Shown: positions 29,659 to 45,395 of the stretch, one piece after another
Layout of the letters: every line of letters begins with the position of its first letter
Position numbering within the stretch: position 1 is the first letter of the stretch
NCBI GenBank assembly: GCA_012295275.1
Contig: CM022669.1
Coordinates: 9,548,001-9,612,000 of the forward strand
Direction of reading: 5' to 3'
Length of the DNA: 64,000 nt
Source: Chrysomallon squamiferum
Taxonomy: Eukaryota; Animalia; Mollusca
Made by a program: the position numbers and the translations under genes
The notes under the pieces: model-generated
Database searches by the model: none
What the model saw: the letters and a program-made list of their open reading frames with translations, nothing else
Told to the model about the DNA's origin: nothing

Positions 29659-30520
29659 TTTGTTTGTTTTCTTTTCAATACATAATGATTAAGTGCAGGT
29701 GATGGTATGTTTGTGTATATTATACACTTGTATATGTTAAACAGGTGGACGTAAAAAAAAAAATTGTTTCGCCACTACAAGCTTTAAAAATCTTTTGATT
29801 ATCACAAGCATGAAGAAACTCACATTCCCGAATCCGCCCTTGAACATGGCCATTTCGAGATGTGACGTCAGATCCTTCGTCATGCAGTTTTACAGCTCGT
29901 TTGAGAAACTCGCCTATGGTGGAAAAGAATCCTGTGTAATGTCTCCCTCGTTACTCTGGGAATACCCTTGATGTACTCACTGCTAATTGTGAAACAGTCA
30001 CTGTCCTTTTCCCTTTAAGTAAGTCGGCTAATTATTTCTGTAGGACACAAACAAGAGGCTGTTTTTTTTCTTTTTTTTTTTTTTTTTTTTTTTTGGAGGG
30101 GGTATAATCTTCAGAGCCACAGTTTCGTATCTAAACTATAATCATTATTAGGCTATTCTTTTCTGTTTTAGTTTCGGATCTTATATTTGTTTTTATTAAG
30201 ATAAAGATTCTTTAACTGTTTTACTTTTGATTTAATTTTAATTTTATATTTATTCTTTTGATATTCTGACCTGAAGTAATGTTGCCAAATTCTGATTAAT
30301 ACTAAAGAATTAAATCAAATTTCTCTGTAACTGTGTAAAAATGAATGGCAGATATGACTGAAGGATTTTTAAAATAATTATATAAGTTCCACCCTGTTTA
30401 TTTACTTATTTATTTTTATTTTTATTCATTTATGAAACTACCGTTGCGTGCTTCAATAATTAAATTTTCAATGACTATTTCAAATGAATTTTAACCGAAA
30501 AAAAAAAAAAAAAAAAAAAA

Positions 30521-30552
<32 letters not shown>

Positions 30553-33360
30553 AATAAAATAAAATAAATAAATAAATAAATAAATAATATATAAGTAAAT
30601 AAGGAAATAAAAAAAAAATTAATAAAGAAAGAAATAAAGGAAGCAACAAAAAAAAAAAAAAAAAAAAAAAAAACAAAGAAATAACCAATAAATAAATAGT
30701 AATTAAATAAATAATGAAATAAATAAGCAAATAAATATCAATATAATAAATAAATAAATACATAAAATGAAATAAAATAAAATAAAAACAACGTATTAGC
30801 CCTTTGTTTCATTACCTCGCAACTTGACTGGTGTTCCCACGAGTAAATCACGTGGCAATTGCTCCGAAGACGGGTTTTCACACGAGTAACCTGCATCAAG
30901 TGTTAGAATGACCGAGAGCCGTAGATTCGTTTACTCGTCCTATTGATTTGTCCCGAGTTCACTTTTAATACTGATATTGTCTAAGATTACAGTAACAATT
31001 TATACACAGACAACGTACAACTTACAGCTATTAATAACTGTTCGATATCTTAAACTTTTTGCTGAAATATAACGTAAAATATATACATACACACATACAC
31101 ACACACTCACAGACACACAAACACTCGCATACATATCCATACACACTTAAATTATCCATACGTACAGATACACATAAATACGCACATATAAACACTGATA
31201 AGGAATGCAAGAGGCAGCGAGATAGAGATATGGATAGATATTTACATTAAATGTAAATGGGCTACATTTTAAAATATCAAAACTTATTAACTGTGATGGT
31301 GATATATCGGAGAATGTATTGCTGCCGCCATTCTTATCGATACAAAGCAATTGTTCATTTATTTCAGTGTCAGAAAGGCTTATACCACAGCCTCAGATAT
31401 GCAGGGTTTTTTTTTTTTTTGGGGGGGGAATATTAAAAGAGTAAATGTTGCATCATGTAGGAATGATCCAGCGACCATCATCACGTGAAAAGATAATTGG
31501 CTACAAGAAGCTGTATACACTGTATTATCAGTAATACTAGAACAGACCTTTGAAACCATTGCGACCAGTAAGTAATCATCTATTAGCCGAATGAATATCT
31601 GTGTTTTTCTACACACATATATCGGATATTTGCGGTTCGTGCCATATTCAGCAGAAATTTCATAATCAAACGTCTGGTGCGTAAAAATAACTGGCCTTGC
31701 TCTTTGTTCATTCCAGTGTGATTTTTGTGCATCAGACATTGATTTGTCATAAGTCAGAGGGCTAATACTCCGCATTTGGACCAGATGAATTAAGTGTTTC
31801 TATAACTCTCTTCTCGACAAAAGTAGCTGCAGTGATTGCAGTCTATGTACGGCTGTTTTTTTTTCTGTGGGCAGAAAGAAATTATTAAAAGAAATCTTGT
31901 TGCTGTTACGCAAACTACAGTATCTTTAGTCCGGCAAGCAGTGGAAAGGCCAAGTAATTCGTGTTGTAACTAAATTATGAAAACAAATTTCGGAGTTAAT
32001 ACTTCTTAAATAATCATAAATTAAACAGAATTTTATTCATTCTTGTGGGTTTTTTTCTCTTTGAATCTGTTGCAGGAGATAACACGCTTTCAATTAATAA
32101 TTCCTACTAAGTCATTTTCTTTCTTTGTATTGAAACTAATAAAACATTTTTATAAATGTTAACCCTGAGTCATTGATAGGAAGCGGCTGTTTTAGCTACT
32201 ATTTTGTTCTGGTCATTAATCAGTCCTTAACTTTTACCAGTTACATCTTTTCTCAGTTTTCTCCGACTCAACCAGATGTGAGTTAAATGACAGCAGTAGT
32301 AACAGAAACTTGTGAACTGAACTGTGTTTGTGTTTAATTTATTTACTTCACCATTTTTCTTAGTAAAAATTACGGAGGAGTCAGAGTTATCGCCTGTTCG
32401 AGAACTTTTCTTGTTTCAAACCGATAAAGAAAACAAAGACAAATTTACGCATTTATATTTGATTCTGCTGTCTGATTGTCTAGAGTTAAGTTAGGTAACT
32501 CATTTGGATTAGCGTCTTCCAGTTCCTCTGATTTGTTTCAGTGACAGTGTCTATGTTTTTATTTATTTTTATTTCCATATCTTCCTCATTTTATTAATCT
32601 ACACTGTGAAGTTTATGTCATTTGCTGTCGGTGATAATGGTGATAATGGTTATGATAGTCATCTTAAATCAAATATATTTAATAGATTAACGTGCTTCTC
32701 ACTGTTCAGAAAATTTTAAAAGTTTTCTTGTTCACTGTCTCCTATGTTCTTTTTGCCATTAATTTTCTTCTAACTTTCTTTCTTATTATTTTCTCTTTCT
32801 CTTTTTTCCTTCTTTTTTGTTTCCTTTTCATTCCTTTTTCATGCTTGTTTTTTTTTTTATTTTTTTTTCTTCATTCTTTTTCAGTCATTCATTTTCTATA
32901 TTTCGTTGGATCTTCTACTGTTCTTTTTTCTTTTCTTCCACATTTGCACTAACGTCTCGTTATAAAGCAGAACGGGCAGATGACTGAACACACGGCTCAG
33001 AGCTGTTAAGACGATTTTCAGAAATTGTTTCCCCATCGTCGTAAAGCATTACATGTTGCTGGCGAACTCGTAAAACAGCGCAATAAAGGTAGGCGATATC
33101 AAACGTAAGAATTCCTGGAGCGACAGTACATGCCAAGCGAAAAAAACTCGTGAGCAATTCGCTTTATTAATTTGCAGAAATCTCTTAACTGGTTCCATAA
33201 AAAATGACGCTCATTCTGCGTTAGAAACTTCAGTTCGTCTATAAACGTTTATTAGTTTTGACGTGAGGAGTACGAAGGAAAAGGCTGAGATAAACTGATA
33301 TTTTTTATTTTGTTAATTAACTTGAAAATAATTTGTTATCCTTTTGTGTGTGTGTGTTAC

Positions 33361-33362
<2 letters not shown>

Positions 33363-33456
<94 letters not shown>
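33363..33456. repeat. (GA)n microsatellite
   Basis: Direct observation; further (GA)n at 1897-1996, 12479-12572, 36673-36729, 52561-52640 and 59229-59272. Confidence 0.98.
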
Positions 33457-33459
<3 letters not shown>

Positions 33460-35281
33460 TGAATGAATATGAGAAAAATATTATTTACTTAAGAACTGTG
33501 TACAGTATATTGTATTGTGTTGTGTTGTGTTGTAGTGTATTGCACTATACTGTACTGTACTGTACTGTATTGGTTTATATTGTATTGCATTGCATTGTAT
33601 TATATTTTATTTTATTTGTCGAAACAAGTCTGATTCTTTCAAGTGGTGACGACGAAAATGATCTGTTTTGTATAGTTCGTTAGTCGATAATGAAGATTAT
33701 AAAAACATTAAACACTGCACTCAGGTTTCTACCACTCAACCATCCAGTGTTGATGACATAACAAATTTAGCCTGTCAAACCATTGCTAACTCATTTCACA
33801 CCTTCAGTCATTTATTTCCAAACTGTTCATTTTCTTTTAAACATAATATTTACAACTGCTCGGCGTTTTAGATTCCTCGTGTTCAGAACCAGTGAGGTTT
33901 AATTTATTTGCACAGCAGAAAGGAATCATCTTGTTACTGGTTTCATATAAACATTCGTAGCTGCCAATAAATTAGAGAGTGTCAGTCACATGATGTTGAT
34001 TGTTAAATAAAACTGTTTGCTGATCGTTACCAGGAGGTCGCAGATTCCTTGATTCTGAGATCCCGTGACATTTTGTGTTTCATTTGTTTGTGTACGAGTG
34101 ATAAATCTTTAAATTATTGCTTCTATAATAAACATCTTTTTTCTTCTTCTGAAAATCTGGCTGGAGAAGTCATTGCCCGTCTGGTGTAGGTTAATTAATA
34201 AAACTGGTTTTTTTTTCTCTCGTTCTTGATCATCATACCTGAGAATACCTCACTCTTGTGTTCAGTGAGAAATACGTAAAGATTACTTCCAAAGCCTAAT
34301 TATTGGTGAATGAAGTGGGTTACCAGTATCCTTCTCTTCCACAAACCATCAACATGTCTGATTTACAAAGATATTGACCCTGTTTCTATCATATATTTAT
34401 ATGTTAAGTAGGTAATTTATTTACCAAAACAAGTCATCATTTCGACTTCTTTATATACCCCATCGCTTCTTTTGTTTTTGTATCCATCTATCGTGAAAAA
34501 TATGCTAGTGAAATGTATAGTGTAGATGATAGTAAGCAATGACAGACCACACAGGATGCTTGTTCTACACAACACGCACCCATTTCTTTTTCTTTCTGTG
34601 ACTACATTAATTATCGAAAGAAGATATAACAAAAGAGATTTTGTCAATGTACACACAATTTTGTTTTTCTCATTTTTAATTCTTCTGTTTTGTCTCTTTG
34701 TTTTTGTTATCATATCGCCACCCACATCACCCACGGATTGTTTGGGAGGGTGGGGGAAAGTTTGTTACCAAAAATGATACACCAGTCGTGGTTTTATTCA
34801 AACTTGTTTATTTATATTCTTCGCTTGGTGGATGTATTTTGTTGAGTCTAGACTGTTCACGTGTAGGACAGACCTCACAGGCATCTCACTCTGGGAGGAT
34901 GTTTGTTTTCTTTCTCTTATTGTTCCGTGTCACCCGGTTCTGTTTTACGTTCCTATATATCATACAAACAACATAAAACAAATCTATATGTTGTCCAAGT
35001 ACGAGACGGACTGCTGGAAGTCAGGTAGCCTCAGGTTCAATGTGACTGTTTGTTTGTTGTTTCAGTAACTTGTTACATCTTTTATCACGGCATTAGTATA
35101 CTGTGTTACCTTTACAGTACAAAACCGAGAATGAAATTTCTTTAAATGATTTCTGCTGATGATGACCAGCAGCTGGTTTTTTTTTTGTATAACATTCATG
35201 GAAAAAATTATATATCACAGCCAAAAATAAAATTATTTGTTTACTACGTCATAGCATTTGGTACATCAGAATTAAATATAA

Positions 35282-35495
35282 CAGTCATTTAATACGTCAC
35301 ATTACTATTCTACTTATTTAATACGTCATATTAATAGGCCAGTAATTTAATATGTCACATTAATAGATCAGTCATTTAATACGTCATATTAATATATTAG
35401 CTATTTAATACGTCACATTACTATTCTGCTGATTTAACACGTCACACTAATGTAGCAGTGATTGAATACGTAACATTAATAGGCCAGTCATTTAG
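35282..35495. repeat. 29-bp degenerate tandem repeat, ~7 copies (ATTTAATACGTCACATTA core)
   Basis: Core recurs at 35287, 35316, 35345, 35374, 35403, 35432 and 35461. Confidence 0.85.
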
Positions 35496-36668
35496 TAACT
35501 GGCGTTAACGTTATGCTTGAAGTAATAAGTTAACAATATATCTGTTACTTTCTGGATGAATGCTAAAAACCTTTATTATCTGTTTAATTTATGTGATGAT
35601 GGAAATACAAGAATATGAAAAATAAACGGAAAACCGAATACGTTACCGAAAAGTTCACTTTTAAGTGAAATTTTTGTCTGTTTGAAAGATGTTTTTTTTC
35701 ACATTTCACTAATGATTTTAACACACTCATCTAAGCCACACAGCCCGTTAACATGTTTTCTTTGTCTAAGCCATCATGCTGGCTTGTTAGCTGCAGTAAA
35801 AGTTAAACTGTTGTATGTATGAAACACTGTGAGTACGTTAGTTGTAGAAAACACACGTTGTATGACTTATATTTTCATTGTATGAGAAAATGTTACTTTG
35901 TTATCTTGTCAGATATATATTGTTACCTTGTCAGAGCTAACACAGTATGTACTAGTTTAACATAAATCATACTAGTTAGATATCAGAGAACCGATCCAAA
36001 ACTGAGCTGTTTGAAAACAAAATACGTGCCTTGTTTCTTTTTTTTTTTTTTTTAATTTTCTATTTATTTTCATCTCTGTTGTTAAAATTGTTCTTGTTTG
36101 GTCGTGTTTGTTTAGGTCTGTTCTTCTCGTTTTCGTTTCGACATTTGTTAGTTTTAAAAGATTTATTTTTCTTCTTATTCTGCATCGTAAAACATTTCTG
36201 ACTCTGTAACAAGAATAAAGACTTCAGACGTGACTCTGACCAAATACATTTTTGCAATTTCCATGTTTAAAGAAACAAAACCAGCAAAATAAAGTGTTCA
36301 AACAAATAAAGATTTTATACACACAAACAACTCTCCCGAAAATACAGACAAAACGAATGAATGATAAATATTGCAATTTAGATCTCAAACATTTTTCTGT
36401 TATTAAACTACAGTATCTGTCATTCATCTACAATTTGATTTGAAGAAATCTGATTACATTGTATGCGTTCTGCATGCCACGTTGGTCACTTTCATCAAGC
36501 GTGTTTATTCTAGTGGGTTAAATATAAGATGTATATGTCACGACCGCTATAAGAATCATTTCTATTTCAGCGTGCCGCCCAGAATATCATGTTCTTCATT
36601 GTACTAAATCTATCTATCTATCTATCTATACATATATATATATATATAAGAGAAAGACTGATAGAAGG

Positions 36669-36733
<65 letters not shown>

Positions 36734-37779
36734 ACTGTTTTCTGACATTTATTTATCTTTTCAATCTGACCTTCCTGGACTGTCATTTTGATAGCTTTAC
36801 CATTGCATTTTTTTTTTTTTTTTTTTTTTCAATCATTAACTTCATTCTCTTGCCATTCTTTAAACTTGTGTGTGCGTATGTGTGTCTGCGTGTTTCTTAT
36901 TTACATTTAACAGCAGTTGTGTATCGTAATTAAACGAATCAAAGTGAAAATGAAAGAACAAAGTCTGTGCCGTTGTTTGATGTTGGTGTTAAACACACAG
37001 CAGGGCCAGTCTGCGTGTCGTGTGTAACTGCACGCACGCTGAGCGTGGTTTTGTTTAATTGAGACGTAATAGACCCAAATAAAACTGATCTGCAATTACA
37101 ACATAACATTCCCTTGTCTACAATTCAACACCTGTTTCGGTTAAAGGTCTTATCAACAGCGACGTAGAGGATTTCATCGGACTCTCCCATACAAAAAAAA
37201 GAGCCAAGGTGAAATCCTGGATTTTTTTTATGTTTGGAAAAACCCGGTGGAAAATAAACGTTTGCTTTAAAGTAACTATAATAATTAAAACAATGAAAGC
37301 GAGAGAGAGACAGACAGAAAGAGAGACAGACAGACCGAGATCAACAGATAGATATAAACATATATAGAAAGATAAATATAGCTTTATATACGACATAAAT
37401 ACGCACTTAAATACCCACACACATACATACAGACATATATATATACACACACATATATACATACATATATACATACATTCGTACACATATGCATTCATAC
37501 TTAAATACATATATAAATACATACAAATAAACATATGTATATATAATACTTTTATTTGAAAGAAGAAAGAAGAAATCAAGGAAAGAATGGAGGGTCATTG
37601 TCTTATTCGCTATTTTGCCAGGACCGCGTTAGCTGAGATGTGGCTGTTTTCATTACATGTCACAGGTCAAGAGATGTCGTGACAGTTCAATTAGCACGTG
37701 ACTCCTGTCACTTAGCAGTCACACTAACACTGCCGTGATAATTAGAAACCACTAGACCACAGACCAGTAGAAATTAACA

Positions 37780-37850
<71 letters not shown>

Positions 37851-40197
37851 CTGTCGTTTAAAAACGGTTTATTCCGATGTAGTATAATAACCTATAATTC
37901 ACTTATATATGTATAATATGTATGTTACAATGTAGTTCAAATATCACTAAATGTCACTTTAAATTCAAATTTACTTTAAATGTTCTTCTGAGGGTTTTTA
38001 AAAAAATTATTATTATTATTATTATTATCATATTTATTTATTTATTATTTATTAACTTTTTATATATATATATTTTTGTTTTATTTTAATACAGTTTTAG
38101 TACAGGCATGCATGTATTTCCTTGACATATCACAAAAGTAGATCGACACATAAAGATAAACAGACAGACAGACAGATAGACGGTCGAGACAGACTAACAT
38201 GGAAAGTGGCACACAGATGTTTGTATATACACATACATACACTGACTCACACACAGGAAAATAAATACTGTAAACTGTATAACGCTAAAATGATTTAAGA
38301 CAAAGTAAATACAAAAAAACTAGCAAGTATTTCTGTTTTTCAAGTCATCATCTGCTTTCTTTTCGTTGTCTTCACTTAAAGACAACACGCATACTTTCCA
38401 CATCTGTAAACACACATAACATCATTTCCGCCGTATCTGATATGCAAAAACATACTTACTAATTTACACAGATATACGAAATACGCACTCAGTGTTAACT
38501 GCCTACGCATTGCCAAATTTCCAACTTTAATAAACTAACGTGTTTTCACTACAGGGAAATAAAACAATATATTTCCACGAGTCAATATTTATGAACGTTT
38601 TAAAATAATTTACAGCCGCCGAAATAGTAAAATTTATGACAGATTGTTTTAGCATCATCTTACGTTAATATTCTGAAGCAATGTTTTGCGATGTATCTTT
38701 TGATATGCTCTGCTAGTTTCTGTGTCTGCGGTTGTGTCTCATGTTCATATATTAAATCTGGTAAAGCAAACACAGATATCTGTAGTAATAAGCATATTGT
38801 GCATTTAGATCGTTTGAAGACGCTACCCACGAGGCTTAATCAAAACCATGATTGAATTTTCGTGTTTAAGGGAAGGTATAATTTAAAATATTCTTTCTTG
38901 CTAATCGAAAACGAGTGACCCAATGTGTTTCAAGAGCGAGTTTCTTCTTTTTTTTTTCTTTTTTTTCGTGATTCTTAAACGTAACAGCATGTGAAAAGTG
39001 TACAGTCTCTTTCTGCGCTTTGATATTTATTCTTTACTTCTCGGATCGCAACACAAATCCCAGAATGTTTAATCGAGGTGATTAAGTTTGTGTAAAACAT
39101 TTATTTCTTGTCTTCAGTATGTCTATGTATTCTACAAAAACTAACAGTCTTGATGTCAGATGTGCATACACCTTTAACAGAAGTAGTTTATTGTTGTTAG
39201 ATTGCTTGTATGAATTCAGACTGTCAGATTTATGTGTCAGATTATTAAAAATAATTTACTCTTTCAAGGTTCGTGTGCGCTGTAATGTCGACAGTAAAAG
39301 AAAATAGCCTATTACAGTTTTTCCTTCGTTTTATTATTTTTCCCTTGCTTGTATTTTTTATTTTATATACTCCCATGCTGAAAAAAAAAAAAAAAAAAAA
39401 AAAAAATGGAAAATGATAACAATAAAAAAAAAAAAAATAAAAAAAAAAATAAAGAGAAAGAGAAAAAAATAAAAGTAAACAACGCCTGGAAGAAATAACA
39501 GCTATAGAAACTTTCACATCTTGGTTAGTTATTTTATTCTGTTCGTGAATTTTGTTTTATTAATTTCATTTCACATAAAGCACAACAGTTATCCGATCCG
39601 TCATTACAATGTAATCAAGAAAACCCCAAAACGACCAGTTAATTCATTATTCAAAATATTAAACTTTCGTATTTTCCACACAAAAGGCTGTGGAGCGATC
39701 TGTCGTTATTTCTTTAATTGTTACTCTTCACCACAGTTCGTTTTCGCCTCTGTCACACATCTAAGTCTGTCTGCATGACAAGGACACTTCCAGCCTCACA
39801 ATGGAATCAATCCTTTATCTCCAGGCGTCCTTTCCATTTCTGTAGCTTCGTGTGAACACGACACGCCAAAGCAGCTGCGCAGTGAAAACCGGAAGTAATT
39901 CTATTTTCGTTCCAGCGAAGTATTCGTATTTGATGCCGTCGAAAAATAGAAGGCTAAACCTACTCCAGTGTGAATGTGATCTTATCGAATTTGATTTAAT
40001 TCAAATGACGACTGTGCTCAAGTGATTGATATCCTGAACAAAAGACTGACTAATTATTTACCTACCTCGTCAGTGTATTATTTTAACATTTCAGCTGTAC
40101 AGGAACGTTTTGTTAAACATTATATGGTGTTACTTGGTCCAAGGTTTAGCAGCAAAACATATTTCTCCCCTTTTTTTTTATTCTCTGGCAATAAATC

Positions 40198-40292
<95 letters not shown>

Positions 40293-40912
40293 CCGACACA
40301 TAAAAACACATCAGTATTATTCGGATATTTTCTCATATTCTTGGGTAAACAATCTCCATGAACTGTTTATATTTTGGTTGTGTATTATTAGATCAACCCA
40401 AAAATAAGTAAATAAATAAATGTCTACAACCGCTTCTCTAAATATACGCCTCTCCGTTTATTGTATGTTTGCAAACGCTGATGCCCTGGTAATTTTTTTC
40501 TTCTTCTTTGTTTGAGTTACATGCTGCAGTTAATATTTATGTTTGTGCATACAACGTCAACAAAATAAAATTCGACAAAAGCTCATTTCCAGGTCCGTTA
40601 GAATCATAAATTTATTTTGTCGTTCAGTAAACGCATCCTAAGAGAGAGTTATTATTTTTTTTCTTCTTCCTATTTTGTTTTCTTGCTTTCTTGTCTTGTA
40701 TTTATTACAGTTGTGCTTGCCTGCCTTCTCGTCCATAAACGACTATTTTATTACCAAGTGGTTACATGTTTAATAATGAAGTGACCTTAATAGTTTAGGG
40801 AAGAGTTATTTGACCACAAAACTCCGGATATATCGCTCTGATATTTCCTCTAGCCATTACACGCTTCATTTATAATTATCTGCAGTTAGATGAAATATAC
40901 CAGTGAGAACGT

Positions 40913-41960
40913 CTGCTCATACGTGTGTAGGTTTCTCTGTCTGCTCATACGTGTGTAGTTTTCTGTATCTGTTCATACGCGTGTAGTTTTCTCTATCTGT
41001 TCATACGTGTGTAGTTTTCTGTATCTGCTCATACGCCTGTAGGTTTCTCTATCTGTTCATACGTGTGTAGTTTTCTGTATCTGTTCATGAGTGTGTAGTT
41101 TTCTGTATCTGTTCATACGTGTGTAGTTTTCTCTGTCTGTTCATACGTGTGTAGTTTTCTGTATCTGTTCATGAGTGTGTAGTTTTCTGTATCTGTTCAT
41201 ACGTGTGTAGTTTTCTGTATCTGTTCATACGTGTGTAGTTTTCTGTATCTGTTCATACGTGTGTAGTTTTCTCTGTCTGTTCATACGTGTGTAGTTTTCT
41301 GTATCTGTTCATGAGTGTGTAGTTTTCTGTATCTGTTCATACGTGTGTAGTTTTCTCTGTCTGTTCATACGTGTGTAGTTTTCTGTATCTGTTCATGAGT
41401 GTGTAGTTTTCTGTATCTGTTCATACGTGTGTAGTTTTCTCTGTCTGTTCATACGTGTGTAGTTTTCTGTATCTGTTCATACGTGTGTAGTTTTCTCTGT
41501 CTGTTCATACGTGTGTAGTTTTCTGTATCTGTTCATACGTGTGTAGTTTTCTGTATCTGTTCATACGTGTGTAGTTTTCTCTGTCTGTTCATACGTGTGT
41601 AGTTTTCTGTATCTGTTCATACGTGTGTAGTTTTCTCTGTCTGTTCATACGTGTGTAGTTTTCTGTATCTGTTCATACGTGTGTAGTTTTCTCTATCTGT
41701 TCATACGTGTGTAGTTTTCTCTATCTGTTCATGAATGTGTAGTTTTCTCTATCTGTTCATGAGTGTGTAGTTTTCTCTATCTGTTCATGCGTGGATAGTT
41801 TCCTCTATCTGTTCATGAGTGTGTAGTTTTCTGTATCTGTTCATACGTGTGTAGTTTTCTGTATCTGTTCATACGCGTGTATATTTCTATGTCTTTTCAT
41901 ACGCGTGTATATTTCTATGTCTGTTCATACGCGTGTAAATTTCTCTATCTGTTCATGTGT
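40913..41960. repeat. 28-bp minisatellite, ~37 copies (CTGTTCATACGTGTGTAGTTTTCTGTAT)
   Basis: Units start every 28 nt (e.g. 41053, 41081, 41109 ... 41921). Ends are more diverged than the centre. Confidence 0.97.
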
Positions 41961-42293
41961 AGATTTTTAAGATGGAAAATAATTGCATTAAAAGAGCTTT
42001 ATCTCTTTTCTCCATTAAGTACATTCATTTGTGTGTCCATCCTTTCATCCACCCAAATATTATATATCTGTGTTTGTCCATCTGTCGATCTGTGTGGGTG
42101 TTACTCTTCTTTCTATATATATATATATTGTTTGTTTTGTTTTGTTTTTATGTTTTCCCTTTCTTATATCTAGTAGTTAAGTTATTGGCGCCTTACGTAT
42201 GTGCTTACTTACGATCGCTACACAATTTTTTTTTTTATTGATGCTTGCTTGATAGCATTGTGCTGCAGTGCAATTGAAATAGCACAGTTACAG

Positions 42294-42334
<41 letters not shown>

Positions 42335-44162
42335 CCAACAACAACAATAAATAATAATAATAATAAACAAAGAAAAAAACGTCAGTAACGTTCGGGTCGT
42401 CAAAACTATCTGCTACATTTATCAGTGGATCAACTTTTTGAAGTATGTTACTATCCCTGAATATGTTTTTATCCCATATTTTACATATAAATAGATGCAA
42501 ATTTATATCTTTATACTTCATGTTTTTTTTTTTTCTCTCTCTCTCTCTTTTGGAATTACACTACATCCATTAGGATTACAAAGACGACTACGACAACCTG
42601 AACATTCATTTCTTTCTTTGTCGACTTTTTCTAAAATGCAAATGTTCATGAATGGGAAAGCTCCACATTGTAATTGTTGTGAGAAAAGCAATTACTTCAC
42701 TGATACTTGGCTGCCTGCAAAACCTATGACAACGACAAAACAATGTCACTAAAGTTTTCTTTCTTTTTTTTTTTTTTTTTTTTTTTGCTGTTCTAAACAA
42801 AATGATTTTAAAAATGTCACGGCAGCTTTGTAAATTATAAGTCAGTGGAATAAAAATCACAAGGATATATGTGACCAATGTTTTGTTTTAAAATGGAACT
42901 CGTAGTTAAGTAAAGTAGTGTGTTGTATTTTCAAATCAGCGTTGAACGGGGGAAAGAATCAAATACTTTTCAAACAGCGATGATTCAAAACGTTTGTGAA
43001 TATTTGTTTTTCTCTACACCAATTTATTAAAACAGTAGTTGTCAAACTAATAGTGTTTGTGTAATGAAGATGTACGTAGAAACATGCATACATACATAAT
43101 GTATATGTATTACAATTCCAGATAGATATGTAAATACATACATATATATACACTTACATGTATGCATACACACACAAACACATACATACATACACACATA
43201 CACATACATACTAATACATACTTACATACATATTCTCACATATATAAAGAGAGAGAGTAAAAAAAAAAGAATCCCAACGTCATCACATCATCGTCTACTT
43301 CTGTTGATCAGCAGTAAATGATTTTATATGTTGTTTTTTCAAGTACTCAGAACAGTACATAGCATCATCTAATACCGTCTAGCTTGAACGTTATATTCCA
43401 AATGGCACAGATACTGTAACCCTTCATGTCTAACCAAAGTTTTTTTTTATTAGCGTTATTTTCGAAAACAAGATTGCGTCTAGAAAAGAGAGAAAAAATA
43501 AAATGAATAATGTTTTTTTCTCCGTGATGTATGCGTAAACAAGCGCTTCATACACGTTCGTTTGTAATGAACTGAGTTTTGCTTAACGGCAGTAATTGGA
43601 CAAAGGTCGTCTAGGTTGTTTCGACTGGGTATCATCCATTTTGTTTATTCATTCATTCATGGAAGTATTCATTTATTCATTCATTCATCATTTTTTTTTG
43701 TGTGCTTATCTTATGCATGTGTGTGTATTTGTGTGTATGGACCAGGATGTTTGCTAATTATCAAACTGATGTCAAAATAGCTCTGACGTAAAAAAACAAA
43801 AAAAACTGTGTCTAGTCTAGAACAGGCCTCTACACGACAAACCTCTCTGCACTTGTCAAACCGTGTACCTACGTAACCTAAAACATTATGCACTGTCACT
43901 TTGAGGTTTTTTTTTTCTTAGTAAGTTAATTTAGTATCTGGTAACTGCTTTAACAATGTTGTTTTAAGATCAGCTTGTTATTTTGGTGAACCTGTGTAAA
44001 ACTAACATCACTTTTCTACGTCAAAGCTTTCAGATCCTTGTCGATTAATGCATTATTTCTTTTTCTTCTCTCTGTTAAAAATAAGTAATAGATTTCGATC
44101 ATTTATACAGATGATGATAATGGACGATGACGGTGGTGATGATGATAAAGACTGTATTAGTA

Positions 44163-44199
<37 letters not shown>

Positions 44200-44369
44200 T
44201 TATTAAATGTTTTGTGTTGTGACTATGTTCCATAAGTTCAAACCTACTATATTTTCTGTTCCACACCAGTGGTACCAGCGATCATGTGCACGAGAAGATT
44301 ATTTAAAATAATAATAATTTAAAAAAATATTTAAACAATCAAATAATCAAAACAAAAAAAATAAAAAAA

Positions 44370-44416
<47 letters not shown>

Positions 44417-45248
44417 ATATAAATAATAAAAAAATAAAAATAAAGAAGAATCCCACAAACAAAACAAAGCCAAAAAAAAAAAAAAAAAATAAAAAGGAAA
44501 AAAAAAAAAAAAAAAAAAATCTTGCTATTAATTCAAACATATATCTTGTTTTCTCTAAAACCTCTGAAATATTAAATATCTGACAGCTGAAAAAAAAAAA
44601 AAAAAATTAATAATAAAAAAAAAATTAATCAGTATGCTCCTTTGACATCCTTTAGAAAAAAAAAAATCCATTTTAAAAATGTTGCTACAACATGTAAACT
44701 AGGCCTGTCTCTCGAACGCTAACAATACACAGCGAGAATTCACTGTACAAATCTGTGATAAGCAAGCAAGATGCCAGTCGTAACGTGTTGGTAATCTACG
44801 ACTGATTTATAGGAATTCTGTCATCAGCTAAAAACCTCTAATTCCCAGCCTCTATTTCTTCACTCGTAATTCTTGAACGTTTCAGTGACCGGCCAAGGGT
44901 CGATCCACACAACACACGATGTGTCTCTCTGCCCTTTCACACTGAACCCTGTGAAGAAAAAAAACACACACAAACAAAGTCTAATAGTTTATTACCGAAC
45001 TTCTGTGTTAAACAACAACAAAAAAAGAAAAAAAAAAGAGATAAAAGAAAAGAAAAAGAAAAAAAGAAAAATAAAATTGAAAGAAAAGAAAACGAAAAAG
45101 AAAAAAAAGAAGAAAAAAGAAAAGAAAATTAAGGGAAAAAAAAGAAAAAGAAAAGAAAAGATTGGTTTTGTAATCTCATGTTTTAATACATTGGATGTTT
45201 TACTTTTTTTCTTTTTTTTTTCCTTTCTTTCTATAACTGTCTCATGTC

Positions 45249-45317
<69 letters not shown>

Positions 45318-45356
45318 TTTTTTCTTTTACATTTTTTTTAAATTTTATTCACGGAT

Positions 45357-45395
<39 letters not shown>

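Noticed and set aside
31380-31775. 131-aa minus-strand ORF in the long intron
   Set aside because: No recognisable motif; it runs through poly-C/poly-A tracts and is likely a chance ORF.
40913-41960. CRISPR-like regular 28-bp repeat
   Set aside because: Units are head-to-tail with no unique spacers, there are no cas genes, and the context is eukaryotic.
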